Assembly: GCF_006345805.1 (NCBI RefSeq)
Contig: NW_021825113.1
Coordinates: 1 to 25,851, forward strand
Reading direction: 5' to 3'
Length of the DNA: 25,851 nucleotides
Source of the DNA: Octopus sinensis
Lineage: Eukaryota
Part shown: piece by piece, positions 9,777 to 21,647 of the stretch
How the letters are laid out: every line of letters begins with the position of its first letter
Position numbering within the stretch: position 1 is the stretch's first letter
Program-made: the position numbers and the translations under genes
Notes under the pieces: generated by a model
The model's input: only the letters and a program-made list of their open reading frames with translations
Database searches by the model: none
What the model was told of the DNA's origin: nothing

Positions 9777-10763
9777 TTCTCCGTATTTGTTTCTCTCCCC
9801 TTTCTCTCTCACTTTCCCAATCTATTACTTTTCTTTTCTCTCGGACTCTCCCTCGCTTTCTCTTACTCTCTATCTTTATCTATCTCTCTCCCATTTATAA
9901 ACAACAGAAGATCTTGAGTAAGTTGAGAAATAAAATATTTAGAAAGATCAATCAGAAATATGAGGCAGTTGCAATGGAAAGGTCTGCTTCAAGGCAGACA
10001 GCAAAACGCTAACATTTAAAAGGGACAGACGAACTTGCGAGCTGAATAAAAATAATAAAATATTGGAAACCAAAGTTTGAAGGGATAGAATCTGAGGATA
10101 GTAGAGTCATTATGGCTGGCATTTGTTAACGACGGACAGCAACGTAGTGACAGTTTAACGGCTGGCGTAAAATTTTGAACTTGATGTAAAAGAAAATTCG
10201 TAAACACCAAGTTTTGAAGTGATTCTTTCTCACGACAGTAGACTCACCATGGCAAGCATTCAAAACTTCTTTATCATGGACGGCAACACATTGACGATTA
10301 AAAGGCTGGCGCAAATTTTTTAGCTTGATGTAACAGAGAATTCCTAAACACCCACTCCTAGAAATTTTAAATCCCCTTCCCCCCATTTAGACCCCTTTCA
10401 CATTTTGGTTAATATAACCCGATTTCATTCGGGTCTACTATGGGGCCACATTTATAAGATGAGGAATTTTGTCCTAGAGGTGACGCCTTTCATTTGAGGA
10501 ACAAAATAGTTGTCATGCAAACTGTCAGCACCTTTAACATAGGTGTGCATATTTTCAGCTGAATCGACCGACTACGTAATGCACACATTATATATATATA
10601 TGTGTGTATATATATATATGGTGTGTGTGTGCACGCATTATATATACAAATGTATACAAATGAGATATATATCTGTATAAATTAAATTAGAGATAAAACC
10701 ACTAATAGGCAAATCAAACAGTGAAAAAAAAAACCTAAAAAAAGAAAATAACATAGAAATATA

Positions 10764-11057
10764 TCTATAATAATAAAAAACTGTTGGTTTGTGTGAGTGT
10801 CTGTCCCCTTCGATTTAGATTCCTAACTACTCGCACATTTTGCGGTGCAGTTTAACCAAATTCGGGTATCTTATAGTCGTGATTCAATCGAGCCCGTCTG
10901 GCTATTAGCGCGCGTCTACGATGAGTCGACGATTTTTAAAATAATTTAACATAATTTTTTATTCCATTTTTAATGCATTTTTTTGCTATAACTCTCTAAA
11001 AATGCTTATATAGTTATTTCCCTTACAAACCCGAGCAACGCCGGGCGATACTGCTAG
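10764..11057 (+). mobile_element. Non-autonomous Helitron, copy 1
   Basis: Begins A|TC (10763|10764). Ends with GC hairpin cccgagcaacgccggg, then CTAG (11054-11057). No TSD. Confidence 0.85.
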
Positions 11058-11554
11058 TCTTTATATATAAAAGTAAGGTTGTGTGTCTGTCTCCTACGAT
11101 TTAGATTCCTAACCACTCCCACATTTTGCGGTGCAGTGTAACCAAAACCGGGTATCTTATAGTCGTGATTCATATCGAGCCCTTCTGTATTAGCGCGCGT
11201 CTACGATGAGTCTACGATTTAAAAAAAATTTACCATAATTTTTATTCCATTTTAATGCATTTTTTGCTATTATAAAGGGAAGTAACTCTCTAAAAATGTC
11301 TACGATGAGTCAACGATTAAAAAAAAATTACCATAATTTTTTATTCCATTTTAATGCATTTTTCGCTATTATAAAGGGAAGTAACTCTCTAAAATGTCTA
11401 CGATGAGTCAACAACGTTTAAAAAAAAAATTTTTACATCATTTTTATTCCATTTTTAATGCATTTTTTGCTATTTTTTTTTGCTATAACTCACTAAAAAT
11501 GCTTAATATAGTTATTTCCCTTACACACCGAGCAACGCCGGGCGATACTGCTAG
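11058..11554 (+). mobile_element. Non-autonomous Helitron, copy 2, with three internal ~99-bp tandem units
   Basis: Starts TC directly after the CTAG of copy 1 and ends hairpin + CTAG|T (11551-11555). Internal units start at 11199, 11298 and 11396 (gtctacgatgagtc..). Confidence 0.88.
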
Positions 11555-11699
11555 TAAAATATAAAATTGAAAACTTTAAATTATTTAAATTGAAAATAAA
11601 AATTATTAATTATATTTATAATTTGTTTTAAAAATTATATAACTATGAAAAGTATGAAAAAGTTTTAATAACAAAAATACAAGATAGATACACTTTGTA

Positions 11700-11945
11700 T
11701 ATAACATATATATACATATTTATATATAGAACACACACACACACACACACATACATTATATATACATATTTATTAGATAACACACCACAACACACATACA
11801 TATATATACATATTTATATATGAAACACACACACCAACACATCAATTATATATACATATTTATATATAGAACACACACACACACGCGCACATACATTATA
11901 TATAACATATTTATATATAGAACACACACCCACACACACACAAGA
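11700..11945. repeat. Compound minisatellite (tatatacatatttatatatagaacacacac.. units)
   Basis: About 4-5 imperfect units of 45-60 bp built from TA and CA runs. Confidence 0.8.
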
Positions 11946-11989
11946 ATATCTGATTCATATATTTGTTCTCATGCTCGTGTGTTGTGGTG

Positions 11990-12337
11990 GTGACAGACAT
12001 ATACTTAAAAGAACACCGCCGAAGTGATGGAAGGTAGGAAACAGAGTCAGTGAAAAAGAAAGGAAATAGCGATAGTGACAGATACTTTAGAAAAACCGTA
12101 GTGGACTTCTGAAGTTTATGAGAGGAGTAAGAGAGGAAAGGAGGAATAGGGTGAGTGAGGAAGATGGCCCTAAGCAACACACACCTTTTAAGATAGGGAG
12201 TTTGTAAGGTAGCCTCACGCGCATCGTCAACCTCATTCTACATGTCCCTGTAAATTTTTGGAGCGAATCGGACGGGATGTAGTGGCATTAGAAAGCGATC
12301 CAAGCGGTAAAAACGCATTCAGTTTTATATATAGAGA
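11990..12337 (-). mobile_element. Possible Helitron-like 5' fragment
   Basis: Minus strand begins a|tctctatatataaaactg, resembling the TC..tatatataaaa start of copy 2. No hairpin-CTAG end was found and the left boundary is uncertain. Confidence 0.35.
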
Positions 12338-12855
12338 TAGAGATATATATATATGTATAGATATCTATATCTATATGTGTGTGCGCGCGCGCTTTATAGT
12401 GTGCTTTCCCTATGTCTCGTTTCTGTAGATTCGTAATTATGCCTTCAGCAAAAAATTGAGAAATATTATTTTCTAGTCAAAATATAAAAATTTGTAAAGC
12501 TACCTGAAATGGAGACCTGGAAGTTAAGGAACTGTTCGCACAAGCTTTCTCAGGGCCTTGTATGTGTGTGTAGCCTACTCATTTCTTCTTCAAATTTCAG
12601 CTCGCTTCTTGAATATAATTCTCTGGCATTTATACGCATGTGTAGGCTACATGTAGTTTGTTGTACCAATATTTCGCCTTCGGAGAGCAACTTCCTCTAT
12701 CCGACCATGGTTGTCCATAACACACTCGATTCATTGCAGTAAGGGGACCTTGTGACACCACCTTGTTTCGGCATGGTTTCGTCTCTTCAGTCGCAACTAC
12801 TCTTGATTCAAAGAGAACGCGTGGATCTTGTTTATAGAATTGAGCGTGCAAAATA

Positions 12856-13012
12856 TTACGTCCCCCGTAACTTAGCGGTTCGGCAAAAGAGACCGATAGA
12901 AAAAGTACTAGGCTTACAAATAATAAGTCCTGGGGTCGATTTGCTCGACTAATAGCGGAGCTCCAGCATGGCCACAGTCAAATGACTGAAACAAGTAAAA
13001 GAGTAAAAGAGA
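12856..13012 (+). mobile_element. 5'-truncated family C SINE (tail only)
   Basis: acgtcccccgtaacttagcggttcggcaaaagagaccgatag..gaaacaagtaaaagagtaaaagag. Confidence 0.85.
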
Positions 13013-13041
13013 TATATATACATACATACGTACGTACATAC

Positions 13042-13304
13042 CACGTGACCGACCAGATTATCAGATGTTGTTACACATCGCTACTCATAAATCTCTTTTG
13101 TATTATTTTAGCCTTCTAATGACGCCACCCCGCCGGCAAGGTGAGCAGGCCAACATTTCCTCCCCACCCCCACCCGATCGAGAGGGGGAGTGGAGCAACG
13201 TGAAATGAAGTGTTTTGCTCAAGAACACAAGACGCTGCCCGGTCTGGGAATCGAACCCACGATCTGTGAGTAAAATAGCCTAATCACTAGGCCACGGGCC
13301 TTCA
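13042..13304 (-). mobile_element. tRNA-derived SINE, head B/CORE-like joined to tail X
   Basis: Head gaaggcccgtggcctagtgattagg..gggttcgattcccagaccggg..gtgttcttgagcaaaacacttcatttcacgttgctcca, then tail X (tggcctgctcacc..ggtcacgtg). Confidence 0.8.
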
Positions 13305-13354
13305 TATATGTACATGTGTATACATGTACTACATACATACGTACATGTATACAT

Positions 13355-13385
<31 letters not shown>

Positions 13386-13462
13386 ATGTGTGTGTGTGCA
13401 CCCGCTTATACATAGATACATATATATGCATATATATGTATGTGTATATATATATATATATA

Positions 13463-13497
<35 letters not shown>

Positions 13498-13682
13498 TGC
13501 ATATATATATATGTATATATACATGTATATATGTGTATATATATATACACATGTATATATTTGTATATACATGTATATATATATATATTATATATATATA
13601 CATGTATATATATATATATATATATACATATATATATACATGTATATATATATATTACGTGTATATATGTACATATATATAT

Positions 13683-13727
<45 letters not shown>

Positions 13728-13915
13728 TATACATGTATATATGTGTATATATATATATATATATTATATACATATATACATATATATGTATGTATGTATA
13801 TAGGTATGTATGTGTAGGCGCACGCGCGCACTCACACTCACACACACACACACACACATACACACACACACACACATACACACACACATGCACGTACACA
13901 TACACACACACACCA
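13305..13915. repeat. Compound (TA)n/(TATG)n/(CA)n microsatellite block
   Basis: Direct reading; source of many spurious YIYI/HTHT ORFs. Confidence 0.96.
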
Positions 13916-13966
13916 CGCATCTTTTGTTTGTCTGTTTCTCTCTTTCTCTTTTTCACTTTCTTCCTG

Positions 13967-14009
13967 GCAGCCGATCAGCCGAGAAATTTACTCTCGGCTG
14001 ATCGGCTGC
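13967..14009. other. Perfect 18-bp GC-rich hairpin with 7-nt loop
   Basis: gcagccgatcagccgaga-aatttac-tctcggctgatcggctgc. It extends by 3 more pairs, including one G-T. Confidence 0.95.
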
Positions 14010-14012
14010 TAG

Positions 14013-14242
14013 CTACACTTTTCCCGCTGTCAACGCCGCTGTCTTAGTCGCCAGGACTTGTTCAACATTCTCCATTGTTCCGATACGGCGCTTTTCGCTA
14101 GCAAAAATGCCAAGAAGCCTAGAAACCACTGGCCCGTAGGTCATGGATTGTTTGACGTCACGTTTCAACTTGACACCCGATTATCAAACGAAACTTGCAG
14201 AAACATCAATTGTATTGCTTGGACAACCGAATACAGCAATCG
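14013..14242 (+). CDS. Candidate internal coding exon of an unidentified gene
   Basis: Polypyrimidine tract 13921-13965, AG at 14011-14012, 76 open codons ([32 protein letters not shown]), and donor CG|GTACGT at 14242/14243. No homology recognised. Confidence 0.25.
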
Positions 14243-14578
14243 GTACGTAATATATTATTGACTTTAGTTGTCTTTTCACTGGGTTCTGATGCAGTGGGAT
14301 GGACGTTTCTTTTCATCCCTCTGGAGTCGATAAAGTAATTAGCAGGAATATAATGGAACCTCTATTCAATTGTCTGTAACATACACATACATATATACAC
14401 ACACATACACGCACGCACGCATGCACGAAACATATACGTGCGTATATATATATATATATATATATATATACTTACAGCCATACAGACGCATAAAAGAATT
14501 CGGTTTTGTGCCTCGTCAAAGGAAAATCATTAATAGCATTACAGTATCAATAATTATTCTTCTCGTTTCAATGTCTCA

Positions 14579-14581
14579 ATG

Positions 14582-14614
<33 letters not shown>

Positions 14615-14619
14615 TAATA

Positions 14620-14653
<34 letters not shown>

Positions 14654-14673
14654 TATGATAATAATAATAATAA

Positions 14674-14715
<42 letters not shown>

Positions 14716-14733
14716 TAATAATAATAATAATAA
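14579..14733. repeat. (TAA)n microsatellite
   Basis: Direct reading. Confidence 0.97.
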
Positions 14734-14734
14734 A

Positions 14735-15290
14735 TGCCCTGATGCAGTACCAGACGGTGGCTCTCATGGTTTCTGATCTTAGCTCATTGGAAGTATTATT
14801 ATGTACATTGTTTTGTCTTGGTATAAAAGATGGGCTACAGCAAATATTCTGCTCAATACCACAGATTTACTTGTCAGTTGTTTGACCATAAACAGTTGAG
14901 CATGTCCCTTAGTGGCTGACAATATATGCATCTCTGATCATGAGCAGAAGTAGTGGGGGAGCATCATAGCGTTGTGCTGAGAGGAATTCTTTGAGTTTAG
15001 ATAATTCACCTTTGGAAACATGGGTGTGTAGTTTAGCATCCTTGAACAATCCTTATTCAGGGGCCTTTTGAGCGGGATGGGCTACTCAATCTGAAGAAAA
15101 TTTTAACTGAGCCCCCACCTCTAAAGTCATGCGCTGTTTATCTTGATATGAGATCATCTTGTCACGCACATATGGTTGTGATGCATGTGCCTGTTGTACC
15201 CTTATCACACGGGTAGTCATGATGGGTATACTGGGCTTCGTATATTTTACCCCAGTGTCACTTTGATGGCATGCACTGCTCTCTCACTCA
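14735..15290 (+). mobile_element. LINE 3' UTR fragment embedded in (TAA)n, probably Dong/R4 clade
   Basis: Non-coding 555-bp block flanked on both sides by TAA repeats and ending ..gcactgctctctcactc-aataataat. Dong elements are known to target (TAA)n; the clade call is inference. Confidence 0.55.
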
Positions 15291-15319
15291 ATAATAATAA
15301 TAATAATGATAATAATAAT

Positions 15320-15361
<42 letters not shown>

Positions 15362-15367
15362 AATAAT
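15290..15367. repeat. (TAA)n/(CAA)n microsatellite
   Basis: Direct reading. Confidence 0.95.
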
Positions 15368-15776
15368 GGTCTCAAATTTGGGTAAAGGGTCAGACGTTTT
15401 TGAGGAGAGGCAGAATTCGATTACGTCAGCCCCAGGATGTTTCTGAAAATAAGTTAGTTAAGAAAAGAAGAGGAAAAAAATAAGAAAGACTGGAATCAGA
15501 GCTATTCCTCACGCCATTCCATTTTATTTTTGTTTTAATTATAATCCAGGCCTACGGGAAATCGCTCCCATGTGTCACTTATTAATTGTCGCCCTCGAGT
15601 ATTTTGCTGGAAGTCATGTTGTCACCCCTAACGTCATCAAAGATTTCGATTGTGCCTTGTATCAGGAACCTGCATAAGAACTTTCCTGCCTATGTACGCC
15701 ATGTACTCTATCCTTTTTTTTATGTCATGGTTTGTAAGATTCTTGAGTATGTAGTGACGCTACTGTGTAAGTTTCG

Positions 15777-15841
15777 GCGCACATGCGCAGAATTGGATTA
15801 CTTCCGGTTGGCCACCGGAAGTTTCCTCATGCGCATGCGCA
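15777..15841. promoter_or_regulatory. Cluster of promoter motifs in LTR U3: NRF1-like x2, reverse CCAAT, inverted ETS pair
   Basis: gcgcacatgcgca (15777-15789), attgg (15792-15796), acttccggt-tggcc-accggaagt (15800-15822), tgcgcatgcgca (15830-15841). Confidence 0.55.
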
Positions 15842-15908
15842 GGAACTGCAACCTCAAAGCGTAACCACTAAATCGGTCTTTTCTGGCAGAGCAGCGCTAG
15901 CGATCGGA

Positions 15909-16047
15909 CGTGGCTCGACTTCTCTCAGGGAACAACCCTACGCACAGAGAAGCTCTCACTTCGAAGCGGGAACGAACGCGTGGCTCGACTTCTCTCAGGG
16001 AACAACCCTACGCACAGAGAAGCTCTCACTTCGAAGCGGGAACGAAC
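15909..16047. repeat. Perfect tandem duplication, 70-bp period, inside the LTR
   Basis: cgtggctcgacttc..gggaacgaac occurs identically at 15909 and 15979. Confidence 0.97.
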
Positions 16048-16524
16048 ACCGTATCTTCTTGACTCACACGGGTGAACATTGTAAACAGTCCTGTGAACTC
16101 GGCTGCCGGTTTCCCCACAAGAAATACATATGTATATGTTTTACCTGTGAACCGCAGAATAAACTACTATTCGTTGTTATTGAAGACAGCCTGACTTTGG
16201 TTCCGTTTCTTCAACTTGTATGTGACAAGATCAGACCAGACACCCATCCAGTGTTCCTGAACTCTCATCCTGTTACAAGTATATAAAAAGAGCTTTGTTC
16301 AATTTATATGCTTTAAACTCTGGTTTGCCACCCAAGTTCAGTAATGTCGGTCAAATTGTTTCCTTCTCTATATTTAAAAAATGTACATCCATCTCTTGCA
16401 TGAGAGTAGGACTTGGTATCGTTGTATTATGTAGCATGGTTTAACTAGTTTCCAACAGATATAGAGAACCTCCTTCTGGATGTTTCTAACCTTGATCCAG
16501 TTAAACATCGAGGATATGACGGCT

Positions 16525-17060
16525 GGGGAGAGAGATAGGGGGGGAAGAGAGAAAGGAGAGAGAGAGAGGAGAGAGAGATGGTGTGGGGGGAAGGTTGCAC
16601 CAGCAACGGTGAGGAATGAAGTGGCCGCTTCTGCTTTGCACATGGGCAAAAGCAAGGCTTCGTCCAGGAGTGAAATTTATGGAAGAGAGAAGAAGAAGAA
16701 GAAGAAGAAGAAGAAGAAGAAGAAGAAGGAGGAGAAGAAGAAGAAGAAGAAGAAGAAGAAGAAGAAGAAGATGGAGGAGGGGTGAGGAGGAGGAGAGGGA
16801 GAGGGTAGGATGAGGAGGAGAGATAGAGAGGGTAGGGTGAGGAGGAGGAGAGTGAGGTGAGGAGGAGAAGAGTGAGGTGAGGAGGGGGAGAGTGAGGTGA
16901 GGAGGAGGAGGAGGAGGGCGACGGCGACGAGAAGGAGGAGATGATGGAGAAAAAGAAGAAGAAGAAGAAGAAGAAGAACAACAACAACAACAACAACAAC
17001 AAAAACCACAACAACAACAAGGACGACGATGAGAGAAGTGGAAAAGAAGAAGAATTAGAA
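16525..17060. repeat. Polypurine block: (GA)n, (GAA)n, (GGA)n, (GAGGT)n-like and (CAA)n
   Basis: Direct reading; explains the polyK/polyR/polyS ORFs. Confidence 0.93.
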
Positions 17061-17344
17061 TATTTATCTAAAGTAAAAACCGAAACTATTTTTACGTAGA
17101 TATGAATGTCATTGAGTGAAAGAATGGAAGAAAAAATACATAAATTGATAAAAACATGAAATATAACTGCTTCTTTTTTCGGGCTTATCACCAGTCTAGA
17201 GTGTCGCCATTGCTGCTGCTGCTGCTGTTGTTGCTGTTGTTGTTGTTGTTTCTTAATCATGTGACAGTACTTCCATCACTCGCATTTATAAGGCTTTTAC
17301 AAACAACATCGTGCCAATATATATTTACCACATGTACGCACAAA

Positions 17345-17900
<556 letters not shown>

Positions 17901-18024
17901 TTACATATATACATACTTAGAAACAGTGTTAAAAATATGCAAGATTGCCTCAAGATTAAAATGTGACATTATTAGAAACCAACTTCCTCAGAGAAAGAAT
18001 TTTAAAAATCAAAAGCAGAAGAGA

Positions 18025-18117
18025 GCATACACACATACATACATACATACATACATACAGACAGACAGACAGACATATATGCATTCATACATACATACAT
18101 AAATTACATACATACAT

Positions 18118-18163
<46 letters not shown>

Positions 18164-18748
18164 TGACAGAAATACATACATACATGCATCAGTCATACAA
18201 GCATACATACATACATACATTCGTACATACATATACATACATACACACACGCATGCATACATACATACATACATATATACATATATACATATATACATAC
18301 ATACGTGCATGCATTCATTCATTTATTCATACATACACACACATTCATATATACATACATACATGCATTCAGTCATACATACATTTATTCATACATATAT
18401 TCACACACACACACACACATACATACATACATACACACATACACACACAGACATACATACATACATACGTACATACATACATACATACATACACACTCAC
18501 ACACGCACACATACATACACACATATATACATACATACACATACATACATACATACACACACATACATACATACATACATACATACATACATACATACAT
18601 ACGTACATGCATACATACATACTACATACATACATACATACACACACACACATACATAAATAAAAAAATACATACATACATACATACATACGTACATGCA
18701 TACATACATACATACATACATACATACATACATACATACATACATACT
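18025..18748. repeat. (CATA)n/(CAGA)n/(CA)n microsatellite block
   Basis: Direct reading. Confidence 0.96.
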
Positions 18749-18972
18749 GAACCAAATAAACTGTGAAGCCATTGATACCAAGATGCAATCGAAAATGTCG
18801 ATTACGTCACATTTCTGTAAAAGGTATTACGTGCGTTATCAACAGCTTTTCCTCAATCTCACTTAGGCACAACCTTGGAAGCTGGATGCTGATACGAAAA
18901 TAGTCTACAATGCCTTCCGTACAAAAGACAGTTCTGGGATATTCTATTTTTCTTTGCTTTTGTTTTGCTTTC

Positions 18973-19145
18973 CTTTTACTTCTTTTTTCAGTCATTTGAC
19001 TGCGACCATGCTGGAGCACCACCTTAAAATGTTTTTTTTTAGTCGAGCAAATCGACCCCAGGACTTATTCTTTGTCAGCCTAGTACTTATTCTATCGGTC
19101 TCCTTTGCTGAACCGCTAGGTTATGGGGACGTAAACACACCAGCA
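18973..19145 (-). mobile_element. Family C SINE tail fragment
   Basis: cagtcatttgactgcgaccatgctggagcacc..gggacgtaaacacaccagca. Confidence 0.85.
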
Positions 19146-19351
19146 AAGACCAGGGCAAGAATATTCACTCTTACAACTAAGGGTGGAACAAACGTCTTTG
19201 ATTTTATAAAAAATTCAATGAGAATACTCCAAGAAGGTACTTTTCATGGACTTTTGTTTATTTTGACATTAAATCTTCTATCATTTCTTCTACTAAAATC
19301 CAGCAGCTTCATGTTCAGGTCTGCAACTGCTACAAATATCAATGAAATCAC

Positions 19352-19449
19352 CAAAGTCGACCTCAACAGAAATTGAACTCAGAACGTAAAGATGACCAAA
19401 AAGCTGGCTGACATCTTGCCCGGCGTACAAACGATTTTCCAGCTCGCCG
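19352..19449 (-). mobile_element. Head of a fourth tRNA-related SINE family (ggcgagctggaaaatcgtt..acgttctgagttcaa..ggtcgactttg)
   Basis: A-box and B-box-like tRNA-type head on the minus strand; recognised as a common cephalopod SINE head. Confidence 0.6.
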
Positions 19450-19758
19450 AAATAAAGATGACAATAATATCGACGTCTTGACTTCGTGGCCGGCTACATC
19501 GTATCATACTTTGAACACATTTGCAATCCAAGAGTAGGAGATTGCTATCAAATACCTAATTAACATAGAGAGACAGTGAAGCCTCTGGGGCCCCAAGATT
19601 CCAACGAAAATATAGATTATGTCACGTTTCTGTGGAAGATATTACAAAAACGTCATCAAAAAAGTGTAATCAAGGTACTACCTTCTTCCTATGCTGCACG
19701 ACGTTACTTCTAAAACAATATCGAGTACCGTTCGGGAGAAAAAAAACTCTTTCTCTCT

Positions 19759-19950
19759 CTCTTTTACTCTTTTACTTGTTTCAGTCATTTGACTGCGGCC
19801 ATGCTGGAGCACCGCCTTTAGTCGAGCAAATCGACCCCAAGACTTATTCTTTGTAGGCCTAGTACTTATTCTATCGGTGACTTTTGCCGAACCACTAAGT
19901 TACGAGGACGCACACACACCAGCATCGGTTGTCAAGCGATGTTGGGAGGA

Positions 19951-19990
<40 letters not shown>

Positions 19991-20356
19991 TATATATGAC
20001 GGGCTTCTTTCGGTTTCCGTCTACCAAATCCACTCACAAGGCTTTGGTCGGCCCGAGGCTATAGTAGAAGACACTTGCCCAAGGTGCCATGTACTGTGAT
20101 TGAACCTGGAACCATGTGGTTTGTAAGCAAGCTACTTTACTTCATGAAACATTCGCCATTAAGGCGTTACATAGAGGGGACATACAAATACAGACAAACA
20201 TATAGGGTGTAGTAGCTTAAAACGTTTTCGTATTTACAATGAAATATGTACAATATTTACAATATAAAGTCTACCATCTGGGTAGAACCTTTGGCTGGGT
20301 TCCTTGCCCTACTGTGTAATACCAAACTTTTAAAAACTTTCACACAGCCACTCCTG
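19759..20356 (-). mobile_element. Family C SINE interrupted in its head by a ~200-bp insertion (20139-20340)
   Basis: Colinear with 995-1392 up to gtaagcaagctactt (20137), then resumes at cacacagccactcctg (20341-20356). Confidence 0.85.
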
Positions 20357-20692
20357 TCCTGGAATAAATACAGAGAAACTTGCTGTTACATACACAAACA
20401 TCAAGACAAGTAACATTGAAGGAACATTCCCATCAAAACTTCTATCAAATGTAAGCATAACAGACTGGATATCGTTATTTAAGGCTGACAAGCAAAAGTA
20501 TGTACCCTCATAGAGGTCAGCTGCCCTGCTGATGTGAATATCTCTTCAAAAGTCAAAGCGAAAGAGGATACACAGGAACAGGAAGCCTCCGACTTCTATC
20601 ACCCAAATTGTAAATTCACGTTTGTTCCAATAATTGTTGCACCTGAGGGGGTTTTCTTTTCTTTTTCTTTTCTTTGGTAAATACCTACATAA

Positions 20693-21005
20693 TGGAGGCG
20701 CAATTGCCCAGTGGTTAGGGCAGCGGACTCTCGGTCGGAGGATCGCGGTTTCGATTCCCAGACCGGGCGTTGTGAGTGTTTATTGAGTGAAAACACCAAA
20801 AGCTCCACGAGGTTCCGGCAGGGGGTGGTGGCGACCCCTGTTGTACTCTTTCGCCCCAACTTTCTCTCGCTCTTTCTTTCTGTTTCTTGAATAACGCTGC
20901 GATGGACTTGCGTTCCGTCCAGCTGGGGGGGGGGACACATACGCCACAGAAACCGGGAAACGGGCCATGAGCCTAGCTAGGCCTGAAAAGGGCGCATAAA
21001 AAAAT
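20693..21005 (+). mobile_element. tRNA-derived SINE, head A plus tail Y
   Basis: tggaggcgcaattgcccagtggttagggcagcggactc..ggtttcgattcccagaccggg; body identical in type to 7362-7538; different tail ending gggcgcataaaaaaa. Confidence 0.87.
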
Positions 21006-21189
21006 GCCTAAATGACAATGTGGGTAAGTTGGGATTTTCAGAAAAAGAAATCAACAAAAACTCTTCTTGTGAATTTGGTCTTGCTATCTGTATTCCATTG
21101 TATGCTTGTTAGACCTTTGTGTGTCTGTTAGAAACTAGTTCCTTCCTTACACGGAGATTCTGAATAATTAAAAATGGAAGAGAACATCT

Positions 21190-21371
21190 ATACACACGCA
21201 CAAACATACATATATACACACATACATACATACATACATACATACATACATACATTCGTATATATTCATACATACATACTTCCATCCATCCATCCATCCA
21301 TACATACATACATACATACATATATCCATCCATCCATACATACATACATACATACATATATCCATCCACAC

Positions 21372-21402
<31 letters not shown>

Positions 21403-21592
21403 CATACATAAATACATACTTACATACATACATACATTCATATATTCATACACACATACATACATCCGTACATACATACATACATCCATCCGTCCATACA
21501 TACATACATCCGTACATCCATACATCCATACATACATCCATACATACATACATACATACATACATACATACATACATACATACATACATACG
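21190..21592. repeat. (CATA)n/(CATC)n microsatellite
   Basis: Direct reading. Confidence 0.95.
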
Positions 21593-21647
21593 TAGCTCAA
21601 GGCTTTGACCTAATAGATACTGCATAGATATGCAGTCTACCATCTTA

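Larger units (their letters stand above)
15750..16277 (+). mobile_element. Solo LTR (528 bp), probably Gypsy-type
   Basis: TGTA...TACA termini, 4-bp TSD AGTA (15746-15749 and 16278-16281), AATAAA at 16158-16163, and GC-richer than the flanks. Confidence 0.8.

Noticed and set aside
11199-11500. Regularly spaced repeats resembling a CRISPR array
   Set aside because: The whole 99-bp units are repeated with no unique spacers, they lie inside a Helitron, and the context is eukaryotic with no cas genes.
15733-15749. Alternative LTR start at tgtaag (15733)
   Set aside because: No target-site duplication with the 3' flank, whereas the 15750 start gives AGTA on both sides.
16374-17260. PolyQ/polyS/polyK/polyR ORFs and a possible minus-strand exon at about 16400-16525
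   Set aside because: The ORFs are explained by trinucleotide repeats. The non-repetitive part has only a weak donor and no recognisable homology.
20693-20765. SINE heads (also 5230-5305, 13230-13304, 22377-22450) as tRNA genes
   Set aside because: They have A/B boxes but no complete cloverleaf or acceptor stem and run into SINE bodies.
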